Source of the DNA: Octopus vulgaris
Taxonomy: Eukaryota
Direction: 5' to 3'
Assembly (NCBI GenBank): GCA_951406725.2
Contig: OX597819.1
Coordinates: 84,506,001 to 84,570,000, forward strand
DNA: 64,000 nucleotides
Made by a program: the position numbers and the translations under genes. The notes below the pieces were generated by a model. That model did no database searches, was not told the origin of the DNA, and saw nothing but the letters and a program-made list of their open reading frames with translations. Below are positions 54,738 through 64,000 of the stretch, in pieces (the first letter of the stretch is position 1; every line of letters starts with the position of its first letter).

Positions 54738-55148
54738 TTACTCTTTTACTCTTTTACTTGTTTCAGTCATTTGACTGCGGCCATGCTGGAGCACTGCCTT
54801 TAGTCGAGCAAATCGACCCCGAGACTTATTCTTTGTAAGCCCAGTACTTATTCTATCGGTCTCTTTTACCGAACCGCTAAGTTACGGGGACGTAAACACA
54901 CCAGCATCGGTTGTCAAGCGATGTTGGGGGGTACAAACACAGACACACAAACATATATACACACACAAACATATATACATATATACGACAGGCTTCTTTC
55001 AGTTTCCGTCTACCAAATCCACTCACAAGGCTTTGGTCGGCCCGAGGCTATAGCAGAAGACACTTGCTCAAGATGCCACGCAGTGGGACTGAACCCGGAA
55101 CCATGTGGTTGGTTAGCAAGCTACTTACCACACAACCACTCCTGCGCC
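54738..55148 (-). mobile_element. tRNA-derived SINE family A, young full-length copy (others: 62527-62947 -, 58402-58806 -, 15055-15445 +, 30144-30540 +, 6065-6540 -)
   Basis: Head ggcgcaggagtggttgtgtggtaag...ggttcagtccc (A/B box-like), central (TA/TG)n tract, gtaaaaga tail repeats; many dispersed copies in the window. Confidence 0.85.
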
Positions 55149-56951
55149 TATTATCTCGTTGATAATGTTTGAGATTCATTTTCAATTTGATAAAACAATT
55201 TTTCTTTTTTATATATGAAATGTTAAAAAATGAATGAGGGTTATTACAACACTTATGCCATCTTCTTTCTCCTCCTCATCATCATTAACCTGAGACTTTC
55301 AAGTGACATTAGTACCACTACCAGTTCTCTGTTTCTGGCTTCAATTCTTTTCTTACTTCCATTAATTTTAATGGGATTCAAGAGCAGAATGCAATTTCAT
55401 TCTTTTCTCTGTGTGGGACTTTCATCTGCTTTCTATTTTATGATCTTTCCATTGATTCTAATTTTCTCTTTTCATTCATGAATTTTGTAATCTTTGAATT
55501 TAAGTACTTCTGATTACTTTTCTGTTGATTGAATGGATATTCTAGGAATAAACCCATCTCGTCACAAATAGAGGGAAGAGATATTTTTCATCAGATTTTA
55601 TCTTTGAAATTAATTTTGTCATCTTTTATTTCTCATTTCATTGAAGAATGGAAGGATCAGCCTTCGTAAAATGGACTATTCATAAATATATTCAGTAATG
55701 CTCAACTATGAAATACCTAAATGGTAGTGGCTAAGGAAGATATTTAGTTTTGTACTAACATCTATGTTGTTTGACATTGGAAATTAATGTGGAGTATCAT
55801 AAAAGCAATCTAGTTAATATGACTAATCATTGTCTTGTAAATAATTACTTCCTCTTTCTACAAGTTTATAAAACTTAATAGAAAACAAGATCTCACTCTA
55901 TCATAGTTTTCAGTAAAAAAAAAAAACAATTTAAGTTCTCCCCCACACACTGATATTGAACTTTTAGTTATCATCTCAGTTTTGATTTTCATTTGGACTT
56001 TAATTATGCTTCTAGGACTGCATTCTTGATTTTTAAAATGCCAGATCTTGCATATTTGTTTGTTACTTCTAAAAAAAAAAACTGTCTTCTATAATGCTGC
56101 ACACATCTGTTTACTATTTACACTTTTTGGTTTGTTTTCCATTAACATTTATTTATAATAATAATATTCTTATTTGAAGTTTTTATTGTTTTAATTCATT
56201 TTCTGACCCACATTACTAAAAGCAAGACTTTATGACATGCTTCTATATAATTTTTCTTAATTTTATTTTCCTTTTAAAACCAGTGTTTTTTTTTTTTGTT
56301 TTTTTGTGACCTCTCTAAACTGCACTAAACTGCAAACTCTGCTTACAACATCTTTTCTTAAAATGATCAACAGCTCTCTAAGCCCTAATCATTTTATCAC
56401 ATTTCATATTCTAAAGCATAAAAGATATTTTCTTTTATATTATATAATTTACAATTTTACGGTCAAATAAACAAGAAACTATATTGGATTCTGTTGAAAA
56501 TACCATAAATTATTATTAGTCTGCAGGAATGGTTGCCTTAATAGAAGAAAATTCAAAATAACACTTATTTCTTTTAAGATGTTTGCTTCAAGGAATCAAA
56601 AAACAAGAGAAATCTTGTATTTAGCTAAAGTCTGTCCAGAGTTGCCGCCCTTCGGTATTTCCTATTGATAGTGGCTAAAGAGCTAGAAACACATCTGGGA
56701 ATCTGAGAGGGAGCAGCACTGGACAGATATGGTGTTTTTACATCTTTTTACCATAAGAAAGAATTTTTCTCCTTGGTAACTACAGTGAATTTACCTTTAG
56801 AAGTGGAAATATGTTACAAGCATATTTGAACTAACCTGAAATTTGCTTATGTCTCAGCATTGCTTGGCACTGATACAGCTGTAATATATATATAAATATA
56901 CAGATCATTTCACACACACACACACCTCATATATATATATATATATATATA

Positions 56952-58276
56952 CAGGGTGCTCAGGCTAAATTTGATAGTTTGCAAAAATATTAAAGGAAAA
57001 TGCAATATCCCATTCAAAAATAAAAGTATCTTTTAAAAAATCAAAAAACATCAACTTGACTAGATTACGACTGGGATATTACATCATGTAGATTGTAGGA
57101 AAACCACCTGTTGTTCTGGGTGTTGTGCTACTGATCATAATAGAGAAGAACCAAATCCATCCTCAGTTTATACTACAGCCCCAATACAGCCCCAGAACTT
57201 GATGCATGCACTCTTCACTGTGTCCCTAGGAAGATATTTGAATATCTTCTTGATCTTGGCCACCAGCTCAGCCTTGGTGCTACAGGCAGAGCACTTGGTG
57301 TCTTTTTCACCTGTGCCCCACGCATAGTAATCCAAGAAATTACAATCAGGGGAATTAGGAGGCCAGAAATTTGGGCTGGTAAAGTCATAGAAATTTTCTG
57401 ACAACCATTTCTGACTCTTTTTTTTCAGAGGCATGGCAAGAAGCCAAATCCTGCTGTGACACATATAGTCTCCAACAGCAACCATCTCTGGCCAGGGTTT
57501 GACCACCACAATCATCATCAGCTTCACATAACTGTCTGAAAAGGCCCTGTTGAAAGATGTGGTGTGGTATGATGTCACCTTCACTGAAGACACACCCAAA
57601 TACTATCACAGTTTGGGGTAACTTAGTTTTCATGATATGTGGGACATCATGTAGATTGTAGGAAAACCACCTGTTGTTCTGGGTGTTGTGCTACTGATCA
57701 TATTAGAGAAGAACCAAATTATCCCTAGCTCAGACAGATGCCTTGGCTTGTTCAGGAGCTTCTTTGCCTTCATCAAATAGTTCTCCCTGGCTGTCAGTTT
57801 TTGCCCTTGCACCTCTTGTATGAGTGATAGTAAAAGTCCTCATTCAAGGCCAACTTCATGGTGGTTACTCCAACACCCATCTCGCTCAACAAAGCCTGGA
57901 TTCTCTTGCTCAGATCTTCCATCACCTTGTCCTGCAGTTGCTGGATGAGTTCTAGTGTGTGGATACCATCAAAATTCCTGCTTTGACACTTCCTGTTGGC
58001 CATAGTTTCATAGTTTCCATTGTAGCTGTCTGTGTCATATCTTACCTTTCCAGAGTTCACAGTGCATTAAGTAGTAGTCATGATGCTGGTATTTTCGTAT
58101 CCAGCAGAACTCATGATGACAATGTAACTCTTTTCCAATATTCTCTATGTCAGCTAACTTCTCAGTTGCAACCTTTATCTTTATGCTCTCCAGTGCCACT
58201 GACAGTTCACCAATACATCAAACTGTCCCTAAAAAAAGAAAACTTTAAAATTTTCATATTTAGCCCCCAAACCGTG
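56952..58276 (-). mobile_element. Tc1/mariner superfamily transposon, DD37D (maT)-like, decayed
   Basis: Fragments IIWFFS, QQDLASCH, KSQKWLSENFYDFTSPNFWPPNSPDCNFLDYYAWG; D-to-D spacing about 37 after correcting a poly-A frameshift; degenerate TIRs share ggctaaat-tga. Confidence 0.8.
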
Positions 58277-58598
58277 TGTGTGTGTGTGTGTGTGTGTGTT
58301 GATTGAGTTGTTTTTACAAAAGTATGTTCACAGAAGGAGATCTTTGGTACTATGCAATGCCAGCCACCAAACTGTAAGACACTACATAGTACCAGGGTCT
58401 TATTCTTTTACTTCTTTCAGTCTTTTGACTGTGGCCATGCTGGAGCATTGCCTTTAGTCAAACAAATCGATCCCAGGACTTATTCCTAGTAATTATTCTA
58501 TCAGTCTCTTTTGCAAAACTGCTAAGCTACTGGGACGTAAACACACCAACATCGGTTGTCAAGTGATGGTGGTGGGACAAACACAGACACACACACAA

Positions 58599-58653
<55 letters not shown>

Positions 58654-59031
58654 ATGGGCTTCTTTCAGTTTTCATCTAGTAAATCCACTCACAAGGCTTT
58701 GGTTAGCCCAAGGCTATAGTAGAAGACACTTGTCCAAGGTGTCATGCAGTGGGACTGAACCCGGAACCATGTAATTGGGAAGCAAAGTTCGTACCACATA
58801 GCCACAGACTCATCTTCAACACTTTGACTAAGAGGAATAGTCAATAGTTCACAAAGTAACAATTCTTATGTGTCCAAAGGTGATAGTTCTGTCCATGTTC
58901 ATCCTTCTTTTGAAATCAATCCTTATCAAATTTGTTCCCGAGGTTGTATGAGTGGTGTTAAAGTAAGTAATAGGTGTGTATTGCAATCAATTCATCTCTC
59001 TCTCTCTCTCTCCCTCTCTCTCTCCCTCCCC

Positions 59032-59067
<36 letters not shown>

Positions 59068-59089
59068 AATTTGTTTTATTATGTCAATT

Positions 59090-60455
59090 GTTCCATCAGC
59101 CTTGGGTTGATAAAATAAGTGTCAGTAATGTATTGGGATTGTTCCAATCAACTGACCCCAATCTTTAGGAACTTGTGGCCATGTCCAAAACAGTATTTTT
59201 AAGGCAGAACAATGACAGACTATAAGAAATGCCTTGCAGTGTTTAATTGCCTTATGTCATGTTCCTTTCTATTCTGTGTTCAAATCTTACTAGATTATCA
59301 AGTTTTGTAGTTGATAACTTAAGTGTCAGTCACGTACCGGGATTGATTTAATTGATTGTCACTCTCCCTAGAAATTTGTGGCCTTATGCTTCTGTCAAAA
59401 ATTATTATCATTAAGGTGGCAAGCCAGTAGAATCATTAACGCTCTGTGCAAAATTTCGTCTGTCTTTACATTCTGAATTCAAATTCTGCCAAAGTCGACT
59501 TTGCCTTTCATCATTTTGGGGTTGGTAAAATGAGTATCAGTTAAATATTGCAGTTGGTCTAATCCACTTACTCCCTCCTACCAAATCACTGCCCTTGTGC
59601 CAAAGTTTAAAACCATTTTTATCATCATCATTATTATTATTATTAAGTCTGTGGGCAAAATCCTTAGTGGGCATTTCATCCATCTTTACATTCTGAGTTG
59701 AAATTCTGCTGAAATCAACTTTGCTGTTCATCTTTTCAAGGTCGATAAGATAAGTACCAGTGAGTACTGGGGTCACTGTAATTGACTATCTCCCTCTTAC
59801 CAAATTTCAGGTCTTCCTATATAGTAGAAAGGATTATTTTTCATCCCTGAAAGGATGAAAGGCAAAGTTCAAATTCTGCCGAGGTCGACTTTGCCTTTCA
59901 TCTGTTCAGGGTCAATTAAATAAGTACCAGTTACACACTGGGGTTGATAGAATTGATTTAATCTGTTTGTCTGTCCTTGTTTGTCCCCTCTGTGTGTAGC
60001 CCCTTGTGGGCAGTAAAGAAATAAGAAAGGATTATTTTTATTATCAAAGCAGAGAGCTGACAGAATCATTACTGCACTGGACAAAATGCTTGGTGACATT
60101 CTTCCATCTTTATGTTCTGAGTTTATTCTGTGAAGGCTGATTTTGTCTTTCATCCTTTCAGGGTTGATAAAATAAGCATCAGTTTCACACAGGGGTCAGT
60201 GTTTTCAATTAGACCCTACCCCCACCCCTAGTTTCAGTCATTGTGCTTTGACCAGAAAGGATTATTATTAACAAGGTAAGCAAGCTTGCAGAAAGATTAG
60301 CACACTGGGCAAAATGCTTAGTGGCATTTCTTCCAGCTTTACATTCTGAGTTCAAATTCTGCTGCTGTCAACTTTGCCTTTCATCTTTTCTGGGATCGAT
60401 GTAATCAACATACCCCTTCCCCTACAGTTGCTCGCCTTGTGCCAAAATTTGAAAC

Positions 60456-60490
<35 letters not shown>

Positions 60491-61170
60491 GAAGACCCAT
60501 CAAGCCAAGTGAAATTGTTGTTGTTGCAAGTTCTGGTGTCCTACAACTGGCACCTGTGCTGGTGGCATCTAAAAGCACTCAGTACGCTCTTGGAATGGTT
60601 AATGTTCGGAAAGGCATCCAGCTGTAAAAACCATCAGGCTGGAGTCTGATGCAGCCCTTCAGCTTACCAGCCCTGGTCAAACTGTCCAACCCATGCCAGC
60701 ATGGACAACAGACATTAAATGATGATGATGATGATGATTAAGGTGGTGAGCTGGCAGATTTATTAATACACCGGAAAAAATGCTTAGCAGCAGTTTCTTC
60801 TGTCTTTATGCTCTGAGGTTGACTTTGCTTTCATCCTTTCAGGGTCGATAAAATAAGTACCAGTCATGCACTGGGATTGATATAATCAACACATCTACTT
60901 CCTCCAAATTTCAGGCTTTGTACATAGAGTAGAAAGGACTATTATTATTCCTTAGGCTGTTTATTAGAAGAATTGTTAAAGCATCACACAAAAAATACCA
61001 TTCAGTATTTGAAACTGGCTCTTTGCATTCTGTGTTCAAATCCCATGGAGATCAACATTACATTTTATCCTTCTAAAGTTGAAATAAATTAGTCAAATAC
61101 CTAAGTAAATGCAATTGAACAACCCCCATCTCCCAAATTTCAGGCCTTTGTGCCTATATTAGAAACAGTT
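59090..61170 (+). mobile_element. Dense cluster of SINE family B copies with an interleaved (GAT)n-tailed element
   Basis: Around eight or more repeats of ttctgagttcaaattc...ctttgcctttcatc separated by (ATT)n. Confidence 0.8.
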
Positions 61171-62750
61171 ATCATTCCCAGATACATTATATTTTTAGGT
61201 TTACTTCACTCCCAATGCCATATGTAAAGACTTTGCCACTTTACATCATGTATTTTTTCTTAGCTTTATTCACCATTCTTATCTATAATGCTTGCATTAC
61301 TCATTTCTTGGTTGTAGCCATACTATAATGTTGGCACAGCCATACGCTTACCACCATTTTTCATCAAACTTGTTTCCTCCATGCTCAATGTTTTCAGTAT
61401 CTCTTTTCCTTTAAGTTGCCTGCTTTTTTTTTCATCTTTTTTTATTTCTTTTCATTTTATTTGTTTTTGTTTTGTTCCACACTACCAACATCTCCCATAT
61501 ATTACTCATAATTTAGGATTAATTCATAATTGCATAAATTTTATTATAGAAAGTTGTTTATATATAAAAAAAGAAATTTAAACAATTCTCCATAATGAAA
61601 TAATGCAAAAAAAAATTTTTTAATTTAAAAAGTAAATTTAAAAAAAAATCAAATAGACTTTCTCCATTTTCTTTTTTTTTTTTTCAGGGTATAATAAATT
61701 CTTTTGTATAACATCATATGATGATATTGCTTTGCCTTTTTGCAAAGAGCTTACACTTCTACTTTCTAATTGAATAGAGAACAATTTGAACTAAATCCAG
61801 CTTGAAAAGCAATTGCAATTGTTTCTCAGTGTACAAATTTTCAAAAGTCTGGATGTAAAACAATAAGAAAATGTGTGTGTGTGTGTGTCAGCAAAAGAGG
61901 CTGATAAAATAAGTACTGGGGTTGATTTATTCAACTAAAACCCTTCAAAGTGGTACCCCAGCATGACTACAGGCCAATGATTGAAACAAGTAAAAAGCAA
62001 AAAAATACACAAGCACACACGGCAGGCTTCTTTCATTTTCCATCTATCAAGTTCACTCAAAAGTTTTGCTAAGCTTGGGACTTAATATAGAAAATGCTTG
62101 CCCAAAGTGCCACTTAATAAGACTGAATTAGAAAATATGTGGTTGGGAGGCAAACTTCTTAACTATGTGCATTTGTGTTTCATTAAACATAAAATATGAC
62201 ATTCTCATATTTCCTATCCTCATCCCTTGAATGTCATGTCCTCACCATGTTACATGTTGCTACTACATGTTTTCTAATGTTCCTATCGCCAAAGAATTAC
62301 CTTTTTTTATAGATAAAAAAATTCATAGGGGTTTTAAAAAGTCACAAGAAAATTGGTGCGTTTAAAATTTTTGACTCCATTGAGTAAAGGTCATTTATTT
62401 TGACTTCAGTCCTACAAATTAACAAGTTGATAGATGAATCAGATTAGTATTTTGATATCTTAATCATTATACTTTCCATGCAACTTCTGAAACGATCCAT
62501 TGTCCTTGCTGTCAACTGTTTTGCTTCTCTTTTACTTGTTTCAGTCATTTGACTGTGGCCATGCTGGAGCACTGCCTTTAGTTGAGCAAATCGACCCCAG
62601 AACTTATTCTTTGTAAGCCTAGTACTTATTCTATCAGTCTCATTTGCCGAACCGCTAAGTTATGGAGACATAAACATACCCGCATCGGTTGTCAAGCGAT
62701 GTTGGGGGGGACAAACACAGACACACAAATACATACACACACACACATGC

Positions 62751-62783
<33 letters not shown>

Positions 62784-63858
62784 TATGACGGGCTTCTTTC
62801 AGTTTCCGTCTACCAAATCCACTCACAAGGCTTTGGTCGGCCCAAGGCTACAGTAGAAGACACTTGCCCAAGGTGCCACGCAGTGGGACTGAACCTGGAA
62901 CCATGTGGTTCGTAAGCAAGCTACTTACCACACAGCCACTCCTATGCTTCATGCATTAATAAAATAATTACTAGTAAATGAAATGTTAAGTTGTTAATCA
63001 ACTGTGTCTGATCTCCCCTTTGCTAATTTTTCTTTTTTTATTTTATTAGCCCTTTAGTTTGGTTTAGCTGCCATGGCTAAGCATACTGGAACATCTTTAG
63101 AGTTGAATCTTCTAAATCTTGGGGTCCATTGTTTTCTATTGGGTTTTTCAATATTGTTGTATCTCTGGTCTGTGCATTACTGCACATGGCAAAAGACAGA
63201 TGCTACAAATTTCATTTTCCTTTCTCTTGAGTTAAGACACAGGATTAATTAAGAAACCATAATGCTGCGTAACAAAATTTTCTTTTTGTCTTTGGTCAGC
63301 AAGTGTTATTTCCTATTTGCTTCATTCTAGAAATCAAAGAAAATTACTACTATTCCCTTCAAACTTTGCTTTTGCAACTTAGACGTCAATGTTTTGAAAC
63401 CGACCTGTTTTCCATTGCATTTCAGACAGATTCAGCTCTGAGTTGCTGAAGCAGAAATATCATTATAGCAAATATTCTGCTCAGCACCACAGATTTGCTT
63501 GTCAGTTACTTGACCTTAACTACTTAAGCATATTCCATTGTGGCTGATAGTATGTGCATTTCTGATGATGTGTAGGAGTAGTATGGGAGCATCATAGCCA
63601 TGTATTGAGCAGGATTCTTTGGAGTTTTAATAAGGAAAGCAAAGTTTGAAGGAAATATTAGCCATTTTTCATACTTTTTAGGGGTAAGCAAATAGGAAAT
63701 AATAGCTGCTACCCAAGGATAAAAATAGTGTTATTATATGTTATTATATTGGCTGAGTTAAGTTGTTCAAATCATAGTACTATATAGAATGTTGGCAATT
63801 TAATCTTAACATATTCTTTTTTTCCCTTAGATTTTTATGGGGAATATGTATTATTCCT

Positions 63859-64000
63859 GCATGTGTACGAACAGCCATGCTACATGGCAGTGAAACATGG
63901 GCCATGACTGCTGAGGACATGTGTAAGCTCGCAAGGAATGAAGCCAGCATGCTCCAATGGATGTGTAATGTCAGTGTGCATACTCAACAGAGTGTTAGTG
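63859..64000 (+). mobile_element. RTE-clade LINE ORF2 fragment (runs off window)
   Basis: ACVRTAMLHGSETWAMTAEDMCKLARNEASMLQWMCNV resembles the RTE post-RT L-Y-G-S-E-T-W motif. Confidence 0.8.

Noticed and set aside
54738-55148. tRNA-like A/B boxes
   Set aside because: SINE heads without a complete cloverleaf; not tRNA genes.

Overview
AT-rich, repeat-dense eukaryotic DNA. The SINE families and microsatellite style suggest an octopus (coleoid cephalopod) genome; this is inferred from recall, not a search. The + strand carries the first seven coding exons (7011-38718; 851 nt, 283 codons + 2 nt) of a WDR7/Rabconnectin-3beta orthologue. No further conserved exon was found up to 64000, so the gene presumably continues beyond the window. 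The introns hold tRNA-derived SINEs, decayed DNA transposons (Tigger/pogo, mariner, DD37D/maT, hAT- and piggyBac-like MITEs, a probable Helitron) and LINE fragments (Tx1/L1, RTE, CR1-group). The most interesting signal is a set of minimal type I hammerhead-ribozyme motifs. Two intact copies lie 533 nt apart inside ~325-bp direct repeats (52128-52986, minus strand), a retrozyme/Penelope-like architecture that could release a 533-nt circularisable RNA. Further variant or decayed hammerheads sit in palindromic elements (6.8, 33.6, 35.3, 40.2, 45.2 and 53.5 kb), one with a swapped G3-C8 core pair. There are also frame-preserving candidate WDR7 cassette/microexons and long inverted repeats that are plausible ADAR substrates.
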